64,000 bases of DNA from Eledone cirrhosa (GCA_964016885.1 OZ024740.1:386632001-386696000); one strand, 5' to 3'. Positions 29,886 to 45,724 are shown, counted from the stretch's first letter. The notes: generated from the sequence alone by a model not told the origin. Numbers and translations are program-made.

Positions 29886-30160
29886 AGTCAGCTCAAAAGT
29901 GACACAGAGGAGACTGAGGTTAGCTGGACATGCTCACCGACATCCAGAGTTGACATTGCACTCAGTGCTCCTGTGGGAGCCCCTACATGGACACACTGGA
30001 AGTGGAAGACCAAGGTTAACGTATGTTGATGCCCTAAGGACAGACACTGGTCTGTTGGAGACGCAGGACATGGCAGCGATAATGAGGGACAGAGACCGCT
30101 GGAGAGAACTCGTCCATGGATCTCGGGAATTTTACCCGCCCTAGATAGATAGATAGATAT
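29886..30160 (+). mobile_element. RTE-like LINE 3' end
   Basis: [39 protein letters not shown] followed by an (AGAT)n tail. Confidence 0.8.
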
Positions 30161-30161
30161 A

Positions 30162-30527
30162 TCATTATCTATAAAAGGCAGATTGTTGTTGTTGTGTGTG
30201 TGCATGTTCCTTGTTTATACATTTGCACAATTTCAAACCGATTCGACTCAAAGTCTGTATGAATGTTGTAAATGGTTTAACTTAGGTCAACGACTATATA
30301 TTTTTTTCCAACTCACCCACAATTAGGGAAATGATCGATAAAACTAAATACATGACGCTTTACCCCTCTAATACAATCTGATTTCCTCTCTCTACTGTCC
30401 TTAAATTTCGATAAAACTACATACATGCTGCAACTTTCTCTTATATACGCTTAAACCCCCACCTTACAAACTTCTTTTAGGAACTCGGAAGAAAGAAGAG
30501 AGAAAGAAGAGAGAGAGAAATGAAGGC

Positions 30528-30570
<43 letters not shown>

Positions 30571-31244
30571 GAGCGTTTGTTTTTGAGTGTGGAACGGTCA
30601 AACATTTATTTACTTCAATGACAACGAAGAGAACTTATTACATTTCATACCAAACAACAATTATTCAAAAGCAACAGATAAATTTATTCAACAACAAAAA
30701 AAATAGCGATAAATCTTTTTTAAAACATCTCTCAACGAACGTGGAAGAAAGAAGTATCAGTTTATTTACTATACACAATAATATCCTCTATGAGGTCACT
30801 AAACCTGCTAGAAACAGAAGCTAACTCTCCCCCATATCACACCCCTCCCTACTATCTTAAATTTAGAAAACACATATCCTCTATGAGGTCACTAAACCTG
30901 CTAGAAACAGCAGCTAACTCTCCCCCATATCACACCCTCCCTACTGTCTTAAATTTAGAAAACACACATTAGACAACTATGCAGAACAACTCCATCGCAG
31001 CTCTGTTGTTCGGCTGGCATCGTCTACGCGCGTGTTGCGAAAGTACTGTGAAACAATAAATTTCAACACTTCTTTGCACAGAGAAAATATCCATAGGCGA
31101 AACTACAATTGTCACTGCTAGCGCAGCTCCTGCTTCGGCAGTCCAGGTCTGCAATTCATTCACCCAGTGCCTGCCATAAAATGGGTGGTGCAACCTAACT
31201 TTGGTAACTTACTGACCCCGAGAAACGCCGGGCTTTAATGCTAG
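30162..31244 (+). mobile_element. Non-autonomous Helitron-like element
   Basis: 5' A|TC start; 3' GC-rich hairpin CCCGAGAAACGCCGGG followed by CTAG|T; internal ~93 bp tandem duplication at 30781-30968. Confidence 0.65.
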
Positions 31245-31284
31245 TATATATATATATATATATGTGTATATATAAATATATATA

Positions 31285-31825
31285 TATAAACGGAAAAAAA
31301 TGAAACGAAATTTCATTTCTCACTCTTAGTACGACTGTTACTTAAATATAGGTATGTATACGTACATACATATATGTATACAGACGTACAGTAGTATGTA
31401 TATATATATACATACATGCACACATATATATATGTACGTATGGATTCACCGCACATTTATTATAATGCTCGGTGTGTTTGTAAACAAACATCCCGAATTA
31501 AGCCGTACAGTGTCTAGCAACCATCGTTGCTCATTTGTTCAACACTGACAAAGGAACGCTGTAGTAGTTTCAAGCTTATTAGCTATCGTCAGCAACGTAT
31601 ACCTTCCTGCCAGATGGTTGAACGTCTGGAAGTATATACTTCCCTTATGCATATTAACGGCTGAGCAGCCTAATTTGCATATCGAGTGAGTTAATCGGCC
31701 GGGGTACCGAAAACGATAAACGGAAAAAAATGAAACGAAATTTCATTTCTCACTCTTAGTACGGCTGTTACTTACTGTACGTCTGTATACATATATGTAT
31801 GTACGTATACATACTTATATTTATA
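31285..31825 (-). repeat. pLTR-like unit (430 bp period) with inverted tail and HHR at 31557-31597
   Basis: CGTTG-CTGACGA-TAGCT..AGCTT-GAAA-CTAC-TA-CAGCG; sister locus at 45720-46520. Confidence 0.7.
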
Positions 31826-31872
31826 TTCATTAAAAGAATTCTATAGACAAGTTCGGATTGGGGTGCCACTCC

Positions 31873-31915
<43 letters not shown>

Positions 31916-31916
31916 A

Positions 31917-33008
31917 TAGAATAATCGAGTATCGGAAAATCAGCTCACGAATTTACGATAAACAAAATCCGACATGCGTGGCAGAGGGCTCAATAATTCA
32001 GATAAATCAGAGCTATAACTATCGTTAAGATACCAACACACAAAGATTATGCCTAAAATCACCTGTGCAGCCGAAAAATTACGACCAGGAAGATTCGGGA
32101 CACTCAGATAAAATATCAATAAATCAATAAATCATATGAATGTAAAAAGCTTACCCGGACCCACTAGAAAGGTGGTAAATCTAGCTTCTTGGGTTTCTGC
32201 TATTCCTTAATCCGCCCCCTATCAGCCCACATAAAAATATATAAGACTTCTAGGGAGAAGAGGGACCGGAATAACTTTATCAACGGGCCATTGTCCGACG
32301 AATGAAGAAATTAACTATAGCTAAACGCACATGGAGTCTAGCAAGGGAGATAACCTCTATATTCGCGAAAGATAATCGAGAATGTGGAATACACATATCG
32401 AATAAGAGTGCTCAATAGACATGTAAAAATAAACAGGAGCTATTCATCATTCAATAGAATCGACAAAAAATGAACAATAAAATTAACTGGTCAATAGCTA
32501 TGTCTAGAGCTAAATATATAGAATAATCGAGTATCGGAAAATCAGCTCACGAATTTACGATAAACAAAATCCGACATCAGTGGCAGAGGGCTCAATAATT
32601 CAGATAAATCAGAGCTATAACTATCGTTAAGATACCAACACACAAAGATTATGCCTAAAATCACCCGTGCAGCCGAAAAATTACGACCAGGAAGATTCGG
32701 GACACTCAGATAAAATATCAATAAATCAATAAATCATATGAATGTAAAAAGCTTACTCGGACCCACTAGAAAGGTGGTAAATCTAGCTTCTTGGGTTTCT
32801 GCAATTCCTTAATCCGCCCCCTATCAGCCCACATAAAAATATATAAGACTTCTAGGGAGAAGAGGGACCGGAATAACTTTATCAACGGGCCATTGTCCGA
32901 CGAATGAAGAAATTAACTATAGCTAAACGCACATGGAGTCTAGCAAGGGAGATAACCTCTATATTCGCGAAAGATAATCGAGAATGTGGAATACACATAT
33001 CGAATAAG
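31917..33008. repeat. 1.8-copy tandem repeat of a 602 bp unit between (TA)n tracts
   Basis: 31917-32407 nearly identical to 32519-33008. Confidence 0.9.
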
Positions 33009-33038
33009 AATATATATATATATATGTATATGTGTGTG

Positions 33039-33077
<39 letters not shown>

Positions 33078-33183
33078 ATAATAATAAAATTGAAGACTAA
33101 AATCCAAAGAGGGCTCGATAAGGAAAATATATATCAAATATATAAGAACCGTAGAGCAAATATTTATTAAAATAACAGATTAA

Positions 33184-33234
33184 AGTTTAAGCAAAGAATC
33201 GCTGCTTTCACCCTTAACGGGATCTTCTGAAACT
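33184..33234 (-). ncRNA. Hammerhead-like variant (CAGAAGA core)
   Basis: AGTTT-CAGAAGA-TCCC..GGGT-GAAA-GCA..TGC-TT-AAACT; copies at 48874-48924(-) and 52193-52238(+). Confidence 0.55.
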
Positions 33235-34162
33235 AACAAAGTCAATCTGTAAACGCAGAACTGGATATTTCAAAAAACGTTGCAACCGGAGGAAGACAGG
33301 AAGACGATACTTTGGTTCGTGGTAACGTTCGCTGGCAAAGAACGGGGAAAAACGAATAATACGTCATTAATAGGAGCGGTGAAAAACAATTACGCGCAAA
33401 GACAAAACCACGTTTATGGTATAAAAGAGGTCGTAGACTAATGTTCTCTTAGGTGGTGCATAGAGACGTTCTCTGGCAATGAACGAAAAAACGAAGATAA
33501 TAAGTCATATGTGGAGCGTGGAGAACAATAGCACGCAAAGACAAAACCACGTAAATGGTATAGCAGAAATCGTAGACTAAAATTCTAACTAGGAGACCAA
33601 ATGAATCTCCGCTACAGAGTTAAGAACAAAGTAAATAAATACAATACAGAAGTAATAGGAACAAATAAATACATACACGCAAACAGATACGTACATACAC
33701 AAGCATACGCAAAACCTTACCATGGGTATACAAAACCACGCACATATAAATATGTGTGTGTGTGTATGCTTGTGTACAAATAAATAAATAATTATATAAA
33801 CGTATATAAGTAAATAAATACGTATATAACAAGCGCACACGCATACCTACATATAAATACACGAATGTTCGGAGACGTAAGTCAACTAAAACAAGAAGTA
33901 CACATATACACACACCCACCATACGTACGAACCTGCACACTCACGCGGACGCAAAACTCCCGTATACACATAGCCAAACCCTAAATACCAGAATATGTAA
34001 AAATTATACGCTATAACAGTCAAATATACGTACGAGAAGGTATACATACCTTCACAAAACATACGGGTAATATATACTTACCTATGCAAATACGTAAAGG
34101 AATAAACAAAACATATACTTAGCTCCCACATCAAGACGTAAAATATCCACGTATAGATCGTG

Positions 34163-36181
34163 CTATCCGTTAGGGTATAACGTGGGGCTGTAATACAGGA
34201 AAGTTTTGTGCAATTTATGTTTACAAGCCGAAATTGCCTCAGATTTTTTGTTTAAGATGTGGTCTGTAGCGTAGAGTATTTCCAGGGCCTCAGCGGCGCA
34301 GAGGTCACATGGTCTTTTATTTCCGTTATACGATCTAGCCCTAGCTAGGATCTCCCAGTGTAACTTATATTGGGTGTGGTTGTCTTTTAGACTCCAGATA
34401 TAACTGAAAGTGACGTCATATTCCTTCTTAGAGGGTAACGAAAAGAATGGGTATGCATGTAAAGACGCTGCTTGAAACTATTTGCGGTTAACCCTATGTA
34501 GGCCCTACGGGACGTGGGTGTTACAACCTTACATTTGTAGACAATGTTACTAGAGAGGCATTTCCCGGATAGGGGGCAATCAGCCCGATTCCTACAATTA
34601 CAGTTAGTACTACCTACAGGGTTGCACGTGTTCCTACGGCTAGGTAGTTTAGCTAAATTTGAAGCTGTGATGTTATGTGCAAGGTTAGGAGTCGTAGAGT
34701 AAGAAATTTTAATAGTATTTCTATTAAAAATTTTACTATATTTATGTGTAGGGGGAAAATGCTTCGTAATAAGGGAAAGAAAGATCTTAGCTAATGGTGT
34801 GGCCACCTCCATATTATATGGTGGGTTAAACCAACAAATGCGACGGGATCTATTTCTTCTAGGTCTATTTTCGTACACTGTATATGCTACCTTATCGACA
34901 AATCCACTTCGAGCAAGAGCTTCATTGTAATAAGTGGAATGGTCGTTGAAAATGCGCTCGTTGGTGGAAAGACGGGAAAGCCTCAACGAAACGTTTCTTA
35001 CCAGGTTCTTGGTTATGCTGGCAGGATGGTTGGAATGCTTACTTATGTAATTAAGCGTATCATTCGGCTTTCTATACGGGTAATACAACCCATTCAATAA
35101 ATTGAGGGTAACGTCGAGGTAATTAACGACCGAGAGATTGGCCTCAACCTGTATAGAGAGGTTGAAGCCTTTAAAGAAGGCTGTGAGTTCTTTTCTGAAC
35201 CTGTCGCAAGCACGAGGTCCGCACTTAGTCATGGTCAAAAGACCATCGTCACGGTACAAACCACCGCCCGCGTTGGGGAATTCGTCCTTGATAGAGAAAA
35301 GAAGGAAAAGGCCAATAAGATCAGTAACCTCCGCAGAGTCACTGGCGCCCATACTCACGTCGAATGGGGTACTATTGAATTTTTTAATCCAAATAGAGTC
35401 GTCGAAATTAATCACCAACTTTCGGGCATTAAGGATGACATCAACTTCAAAATCCTTAACCACTGTGAGTGTTTTAGCGAAATTGATAGCTCTAAGGAGA
35501 AGTGGTAAAGTGATGGAGGAGTAGTAATTGTTGATGTCGAATTGGATAAAACGGCAATGTTCCTTGTTACATATGCCGTTGAACCAATCAATCACCGCGA
35601 AAGAATTGTTCCACAGTGCGAGAGGGGCCAAACTTCTAATTTCAGGTATCAAGAATCGTTTTACTAAGTCTACCTAAATCGGACTTCGTAGGGTTAATAA
35701 GCTGAATAGAGGGGTTGTTCGGAAAATTGGATTTATGATCCTTCAGGGTAAAGTGGGGAGAGATAGGGTCCAGAGGTTCGGTCCGGTCCAGGATGTTGAG
35801 ATCAGATGTGATTTTAAACCCAGCATCGTTGATTTCATTGATGACACACCGATTAGTTTTACGGTAATCCTTAGTTACAGCATTATGTAGTAGTTGATGG
35901 TAAGTACTGCACTCCACTTGATATAGGTTGCCAGTTTTGTCGGAATGGACGTGCACGGCATTAGAATCCTTAATAGAACGAATTCTATTCTTCAGGTCTT
36001 GCTGGAAGGAATTGCTCCTATTCCGAAATTTGATATTCCGAATGAGTTCCAAGACATCATTTTCGAAGTGTAGCAATGCTGGGTTCCACGGAGGGTTATT
36101 ATAAGTTTTAAATCCAAATTTATCCTGTTTGTTGTCTGCTTTTCGCGGATTATCGAAATAAAAGGCACGCCAACGCAACAA
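34163..36181 (-). pseudogene. PLE reverse transcriptase + GIY-YIG endonuclease, frameshifted
   Basis: QFDINNYY, SMGASDS, GLYRDDGL, NYLDV, WFNPPY, CNCR..CPLSGKC, IVYK..YIG, CDLC..CKH; frameshifts near 35645 and 34400. Confidence 0.92.
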
Positions 36182-36233
36182 GGGTGAAAGCAGCGATTCT
36201 TTGCTTAAACTTTAATCTGTTATTTTAATAAAT

Positions 36234-37896
<1,663 letters not shown>

Positions 37897-38453
37897 AAGT
37901 GTGACCCCGAGGGCGGAGCTCAAGCCGTTTCGACGGCTATTTCTGGACTTGTCCAGAAATAGCCATCCAGGCGGTTTGAGCTCTGCCGTCGGGGTCATAC
38001 TTTTTCCTATTTCCCACTCTACTACACTAAGTATTGTGTACTCTGGTGCGTTATGGTCCATCTGGTTCCTTACCACAATTCCTTTGTTTCCCCTTCTCAC
38101 TTCCTCCCGTTCGCTAGTAGTGGGGTTCCTTCTTTCTCACACCGCACTCACGGCGTACGGTCTGCTTCTCTGACCGCTCATGAAATTCACCCAGCTTATG
38201 CTGATCGGATAACTATCATGATTGCTTGCTGTTTTCCCAACCTTCGGTTTGCTTTCCTTCTGTTGTTTACTTGTCTCACTCGCTTTACGCGTTTCACTTG
38301 TCCCAATAGCCTATTTTAGTTATTGCTCGCACCAACCTGAGGTATCTGATTTTTAATGCGATGAAATACCAATGATGGTTGGCAAATCACTGATGAGGGA
38401 CTAATTTTATATGTAATCCGTGTGCAACCATGCAGTATTTTTCTCCCCATGTT

Positions 38454-38521
<68 letters not shown>

Positions 38522-38757
38522 ATATATATAGCTTAAGAGAAATTTGACGATAATGATATGGTGGGCACCCAATATTTTGAACTGGTTTATAGAATTCTTT
38601 CTGCCTTTGTCACTCTAAATATAAATTATAGCCTTAAAGAATTAGCTTTTAATGAATTCACTTTTCTTTCAACCAATGACTTCTACCCATCCCACTCCCC
38701 ACCCTCTCCTACCACCAGAAAAGATATAAATACCACAACATTCATTTTTGGAAAGCC

Positions 38758-38808
38758 AGATTCCTGATGATTTCTAAAGAATGAAACAGTTCTAATCCTG
38801 TAGAATCT
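38758..38808 (+). ncRNA. Type I hammerhead ribozyme
   Basis: AGATTC-CTGATGA-TTTCT-AA-AGAAT-GAAA-CAG..CTG-TA-GAATCT; same family as the palindrome at 46588-46790. Confidence 0.75.
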
Positions 38809-38890
38809 CATCTATATTAAAACTGTTATACTCTGGTATGTATTGAGTACCTTACTTCCTGTGGTTACCTCCGATTCAACCCGGAATAAC

Positions 38891-38953
<63 letters not shown>

Positions 38954-39044
38954 ATGATGTCACCCGATTCAAACTGAACCCAGTCATTGAAAGGATCATA
39001 GTATAATAAACCTTTCAAGGAATCACACCAGTCCAGCCTCCTGT

Positions 39045-39090
<46 letters not shown>

Positions 39091-39310
39091 GGTGTGGGAT
39101 GCTTAAAGCGTCCGTAAGCGGTAGGCCGTTTGAGCACTCGATGCTCATACCGAGCAGAGTAAAATATCACATAAGAAACGGAGAATCAGTGGTGCGACGA
39201 TAAACGTAATGAAGGCATAACAAATCGTCCTTGTATTATTATATATATATATATATACTAACAGAATGGCCCGGCGTTGCTCGGGATTTTCTGTAGGGTT
39301 CTTATATATT

Positions 39311-39437
<127 letters not shown>

Positions 39438-39489
39438 GGGGGGGGTGCATACACATTCGACGGGTATCGCACTGTTTGAATAAAAAAAA

Positions 39490-41190
39490 TGTAGCCTCCA
39501 ACAATGCATGAAGTCCATCATCAATAACCAAAGAACAGCTGAGGAGAAATGGGCCAAAATCAAACTCAACCCTAAAGTGTTCTTTTCATTTGCGAAAAAA
39601 CACAAGGTCACTGTCTCCACTGTTGGCCCTTTAATTGATGAAAATGGCACACTCCAAGATAATGCCAAAACCATGGGTGAGATACTGCAGAAACAATACT
39701 GCTCTGTTTTCAGCAATCCTGATATGGCCGATCTGGGCTGTATCAGTGATGTTAATTCCCAACACACTATATCGGACATAACGTTTGGCACCCCTGATGT
39801 CTTAGCGGCAATAAACGAAATTAAATACAATTCAGCAGAAGGCCCCGATAGGTTCTCTGCTTGTGTCCTGAAGCTGTGTCGACACCAACTTGCATCTCCT
39901 CTTGCTAATCTGTGGAGGAACTCACTGGATGCTGGCTATATTTCTGAAAACTTTCTGTCCCAGTCTGTTGTCCCAGTTTTCAAAAAGAGAAATAAGTCCC
40001 TTGCAGTGAACTACCGTCCGATCTCACTCACCTCTCATATCGTCAAGGTATTTGAGAGGGTGGTGAGATCATGAATAACCCACTTTCTCGAAAGCAACAG
40101 ATTGCTGAACTCCAACCAACATGGGTTCCGTAATGGAAGGGACTGCATCACTTTGATGATATTTTGAGAGCTTGGAGATAGGGCTCCAACGCTGATGTCA
40201 TCTACATTGATTTGAGCAAGGTCTTTGACAGGGTTGATCATAAGATTCTATTGAAAAAACTATCCAACATTGGTGTCTCTGAAAAGTTACTACAGTGGAT
40301 CAAGTGTTTCCTGACAGACAGAGCCCAACATGTTGTAGTCGAAGGAGTAAAATCAAGCCCAGCCAAAGTCAGCAGTGGCGTCCCACAAGGCACTGTGTTG
40401 GGCCCACTTCTTTTCATCATCTACATTAATGACATTACTGACATCACCAAGCACAGCAACATAAGAATCTTTGTAGATGACTCCAAGCTTCAGAAGGTCA
40501 TCAATGAGGTGGGTGACCGGACTTACCTTCCGTCAGACTTACTTGCTGTTATACAATGGGCGGAAAAGAGCAATATGCTGCTGAATAATTGTGGACAACA
40601 ACATAAACTGGGCCACTCATATAAACAACAAAGTTGACATGGCCCGCAGAATGTGTTCCTGGATTCACAGAACCTTTCAGTCGAGAGATATCCACACTGT
40701 TATCCTTCTCTTCTCCACTTTTGCCCGACCCCACCGTGAATATTGTTGTCCATTGTTGTCTCCCCACACGAAACAAAGTATCATGAAAGTTGAAGCACCT
40801 CAAAGGTCAATTATAAAAACTGCATGACAGGCCTTGACTATTGGTGTCGATTAGAAAAGCTCAACCTTTATTCTCTCCAATGTCGCCGTAAGCGCTACAT
40901 TATCTGCATGATGTGGAAAATATCCCATCAGCATTGCCCAAATTCTGTTTGCATCACCTTTAAGATACACCCAAAACTTGGGCCCCATGCTATCCGCCCA
41001 CGACAAAAGTCTCCCTCGTATCTCATAACAACATTACGGCACAATTATTTCACCTCAATTGGCCCCTTCTCTCTTTAACATTACACCAAAACACATTAAA
41101 ACGGAAACAGACCCCATGAAGAACAAGAAGTCTTTGGACAAATTCCTTCAAGAAATTCCGGATAAACCTCCTACACCCGGGTGGTGCTAT
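39490..41190 (+). mobile_element. CR1/L2-group LINE RT remnant
   Basis: NPKVFF, GPD, NYRPISLTSHIVKVFE, DLSKVFDRVDH, SGVPQGTVLGPLLFIIYINDI, FVDDSKL; frameshifts. Confidence 0.88.
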
Positions 41191-41246
41191 TAAGTTAGAC
41201 ATGGCCTGGGCCAATACTGACCAAAACCTATCAGAATTATCAAAGT

Positions 41247-41335
<89 letters not shown>

Positions 41336-41355
41336 GTGTGTGTGTGTGTGTGCGC

Positions 41356-41432
<77 letters not shown>

Positions 41433-41462
41433 GTATATATTCTATACACATATATATGTATA

Positions 41463-41511
<49 letters not shown>

Positions 41512-41569
41512 TATATATATATTAATTCAAAATATTAATAAATATAGACATTCAACGTAATCAAAATAT

Positions 41570-41633
41570 ATTTTACTATATATATTTCGGAGGTACTGTG
41601 TTGTTTTTTCAGTACGTCCTCATCAGATAAAAT
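41570..41633 (-). ncRNA. Minimal type I hammerhead ribozyme
   Basis: ATTTTAT-CTGATGA-GGAcGTACTG..CAGTACcTCC-GAAA-TATATA-TA-GTAAAAT. Confidence 0.85.
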
Positions 41634-41695
41634 ATATAAATTGATGTGTGACATACCTCAACTGTGCTGATGGTTCAATTCCAGTCTTGGCAGTA

Positions 41696-41724
<29 letters not shown>

Positions 41725-41735
<11 letters not shown>

Positions 41736-42025
41736 TGAGTATGTCTGTCGGTGTGTGTGTGAGTTTGAATCCCTAAAACTCGAGAACCACCCAACCGACT
41801 GTTTTCAAACTTTACACATGTAATACTTATGTTTCAGAGAGTGTTCTGAGCAAATAAATTTCAAATTTTCAATGCCCTAGGGACTGCATTAGGCGATTTA
41901 GTGATTTCTCTCTATAATTCTTAGTCTTTCTCTTTTTAGATAGATACATACATATAACGTCACGCCCTTATAATATGTGTCTGTATGTCTGACTGTCTGC
42001 ATTACGTCACTTCCCTGAGGATGTC

Positions 42026-42066
<41 letters not shown>

Positions 42067-42678
42067 GTGTGTCTGAGTTTGAATCCCTAAAACTCGAGAA
42101 GTACCCAACCGACTTTTTCAAACTTTACATGTGTATTACTTATGTTTCAGGGAGTGTTATGCACATAAAACAATTCAACTTTTTGATCCCCTAGAGCCCG
42201 CATTAGTTGAAAAACTGCGTTTTTTTTCAGGTTTTTAGGGTTTTTTTAGTTGTTATGTCAAAATGATTTCCTTGAAATTGTAACTATGCATTAATCAGTC
42301 TCTTCTTCATACCGTGAGCAAAGAAAATCCAATTTTTTTATGGCCTAGGGCCCGCATTAGGTGAAAAACTTCATTTTTTCAGGCTTTTGGGGGCTTTTTT
42401 AGGGCTTTTTTGAGGCGTTAAGTCTAGCCGATTTTCCCGAAATTTCAAGGCATATTATGCACATAAAAAAAAATTCATTTTCTTGATCCCCTATTCTTGA
42501 TGTATATTAAATGAAAACCACCATTTTTCCTGCTTCATCGAGGAAAATCTTAAAGATTATCCAGCCATCAGAGTATTCGGTTTATTTTCTTTACATATTG
42601 TCCACGCATGCAGAGTTTCCACGATTAGGTCTGTTGGCGGCGCGCATTGCAAAATACCTTATCCCGTGCAACTGCTAG
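41725..42678 (+). mobile_element. Non-autonomous Helitron-like element (relative of 56967-57582)
   Basis: Extensive similarity to the reverse complement of 56967-57582; internal subrepeats; ends CCCGTGCAACTGCTAG|T. Confidence 0.7.
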
Positions 42679-42965
42679 TATATATATATAATTATTATAT
42701 ATATATGCGCGTGTGTCCGTGTCCGTGTGTGTGTGTCCATGTATGTATGCATGCAAGAATAAATTCAGTAAGCTATAAATTTAGACAAACAGTGGTTCTA
42801 ACTTTTAGCACTATCATATATTTTGGTTTCCATTAATTCCGTAGGGAATTAATAGAATCCAAAATGCTTTGCTTATTATATATATTTTTTATTGTTATTC
42901 TTTCTCTAAGACCCAGGTGAGCACTCAATAAACGTAATGAAGGCATAACAAATCGTCCTTGTATT

Positions 42966-43152
42966 GCGGTGGATTGGCAGTATCAGTAGAGAGTCGGACG
43001 CCATGCTTTCCAGCATAGTTACGTCCCTTTACGATCTGAGTTCAAATCCCGCCGAGGTTGACTTTGCCTTTCATCCTTACGGGGTCGATAAAATAAAGTA
43101 CCAGTAATGCACTGGGTATTTTCTGGCCTTGTGCCTAAAGTAGAAACAATTA
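42966..43152 (+). mobile_element. tRNA-derived SINE
   Basis: Same head and core as 18275-18478. Confidence 0.85.
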
Positions 43153-43471
43153 TATATATATACTAGCAGAATGGCCCGGCGTTGCTCGGGTTCTTATATA
43201 TTTGATATATATTTATCCTTATCGAGCCTCGTGAACTAAATACGTTTGTTTATATTTTGTTATTGTGTATGCAAAAATATCTGTACACGAATATATAATT
43301 ATATATATATATCATTGTCATGCGCATGTATTGTTTTTTTGGCGGTAATTTACTTCCTCATTTTTTGAATCAGTTTGAGCACTTCTTTAGAACTGCTAGA
43401 CTGGCAACAGATGATGATTATCGCTAAATACTGATGTTGGTTAGATTATCAATATTAGTATTATTGGGGCA

Positions 43472-43598
43472 CCCACTGATGAATTATAGGAGCCCACTTG
43501 AATATATATCTATTGATGGTATACAAGCTCCTACATAAATTGGTATAATTTCACCCAAATTGTAGGAATCCTATAATGAAACGAGACGTCCGTCTGGG
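43472..43598 (+). ncRNA. Type I hammerhead ribozyme with ~95 nt stem II region
   Basis: CCCA-CTGATGA-ATTATAGGA..TCCTATAAT-GAAA-CGAGACGTCCG-TC-TGGG; related truncated copy starts at GAAA near 22064. Confidence 0.72.
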
Positions 43599-43769
43599 AA
43601 GAGATATATTAGATATGTCTCATATGAAATAATACAGCCAATTTTCCACGCAATACTTTTAGTTAGCACCCCGAACGCATAATTGGGAATATAATCACTT
43701 ATTTCCTAATGTTTGTTGAGTGAGTTGGAATTTGGCCGGAGTATCGTTAAAAAGCTTTCTCCGATATTG

Positions 43770-43814
<45 letters not shown>

Positions 43815-43818
<4 letters not shown>

Positions 43819-45385
43819 GTTTGAATATGTATAATAAAGCCAAAACAATGCAGGTATAGACATAGAAAAAAGAATGCAATTGCAAAAGATATTGTTGACA
43901 ATTCGTCTTTTACCTTAGATTTATTTAAATGTCCTTAATTTTCGAGATAATATCTCTTCTTCAGAGGGAAATAAAGGTCTCAAACCAGCGTTCTAGATAT
44001 CTTGCCAAGCTATGCTGACAGGAAATAGTATAGAGTATCTGTTCTATCTCTAATGTCAAAGAGTTAAAATTAGGTGGATAAAGAGTAGTCTCCCTTTAAG
44101 AGGGGTTTGTTTAGGGTTTTTTTAATTTTTTATATACATGCCTGTTTAAGTGTGTGGGAGAATGCATGAAGGTGTAAGTATGTGAGTGTGTGTGTGTGAG
44201 TGTGAGAAGATAAGTCTATTCGTAAATGTGGGGGATAGGTGTTATCTGGTGTTAGAACTGGTTTTGTGTGTGTATGTGTGAGAGAAAATAAGTGGTGTAA
44301 GCGTGTGTGTGTGTGTGCGTGCGTGTGTGTGTGTGTGGGGGTAAATATGGGGCTTGAAGCCCTATCAGGTTATAAATTGGGTGTTGAGTTCTAGTCTATT
44401 ATTGATTGGTGGTTGTGTTTTATCTATAATTAGTGCTTCCTTAATTCTAAGATTGCCGAGGTTTCTTTCCTTAGTTTCTATCCTAACTGTTATGGTTTTG
44501 TCGGTGTTTTTGCATTTAACTAGGTGTTTCTTAAATGAGGAAGCGTTAGTATTGAGGTGTTCTTTTATTCTTATGTGGAGTGGTCTGGTGGTGCTACCTA
44601 CGTAGAAGTTGTTGCATTTGTCACACTCTAGTCTGTATACGACGTAAGCCTGGTGGCATAGGTCTGTATCGTTGATGGGGCAGTTGGCTAGTCTGTAGCA
44701 GTTGTCATGTCTGGTGGAGTGTCTTTTGGTTAGCTGTCCGCGTAGAGAAGGACCTGAGTGGGCCAGTTGGATATCTAGTCCGTCTCGTCTGATGGCTCTG
44801 CGGATGGCTGTTGTTGTTTCTTCACTGAAGTGTGGGAGCTTCAGGAAGCAAGTCTTAGTGCCTCGGGTGTGGTGTCCTCTGTTCTTTCTGGCACGGTTTG
44901 TGGTGGATGTCGTGTATCCGTTCAGTTTGAGTACTTCCAGGAAATGTGTGGTGTGTGTGTCTCGGTCTCTAGCGTCGGTGCATTTGTTCCGGATACGTGC
45001 CAGTTCGTTCCTTATGTATCCGAACTTGGCACCGAGTGGGAGGGCCGATCTGAAATGTACGAACAGGTCCCTGCTGGCGGCTTTTTTTATAGAAGCAGGT
45101 GTGGATGTTGCCTTCCTCTGTTACCCTGAGTTGGAAGTCCAGTAGGGATAGGGATCCGCGGTCATCGGGGTGTTCCATGCTGAACTTTATACTGGCGTCC
45201 ATGCTGGAGAATGTTGTGTATATTTTATCTGCCTCGAAGAAGAGATATTATCTCGAAAATTAAGGACATTTAAATAAATCTAAGGTAAAAGACGAATTGT
45301 CAACAATATCTTTTGCAATTGCATTCTTTTTTCTATGTAAATACATGCATTGTTTTGGCTTTATTATACATATTCAAACGTTTAT
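43815..45385 (-). mobile_element. Penelope/Poseidon-like element, 5'-truncated, with inverted pLTR
   Basis: IKFSMEH..LSLLDF..FYKK (RT thumb), VVYRLECDKCNNFYVGSTTRPLHIRIKEH (GIY-YIG), stop at 44365-44367; 45232-45382 is an inverted copy of 43815-43965; minimal HHR at 43933-43968 (CCT-CTGAAGA-AGAGATATTATCTC-GAAA-AT-TA-AGG). Confidence 0.88.
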
Positions 45386-45424
45386 ACCTCATTACACAAT
45401 GCTTCAAGTGAACTATAACCTCCT

Positions 45425-45461
<37 letters not shown>

Positions 45462-45670
45462 ACAGTACAGAGAAGTACGGAATACCTCGGCCTCGGGATG
45501 GTGTCTACATTTTGTGCTCATAAAAAAAATTCGTCGCGAAATAAATACTTTTGTTTATATTTTGTTATTGTGCATGCAAAAACGATATATATTTATCTTT
45601 ATCGAGCCTCGTGAAATAAATACGTTTGTTTATATTTTGTTATTGTGTATGCAAAAATATCTGTACACGA

Positions 45671-45719
<49 letters not shown>

Positions 45720-45724
<5 letters not shown>

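Larger units (their letters stand above)
33163..36233 (-). mobile_element. Penelope-like element (Nematis-like), 5'-truncated, with inverted pLTR piece
   Basis: RT + GIY-YIG ORF; 36180-36233 is the reverse complement of 33163-33215; both ends abut AT-rich or (TA)n sequence; clade assignment is from motif recall only. Confidence 0.88.

Noticed and set aside
38331-38430. Two HHR-like starts (CTGAGGT..GAAA and CTGATGAGG)
   Set aside because: The first has a broken core and cleavage site; the second lacks GAAA
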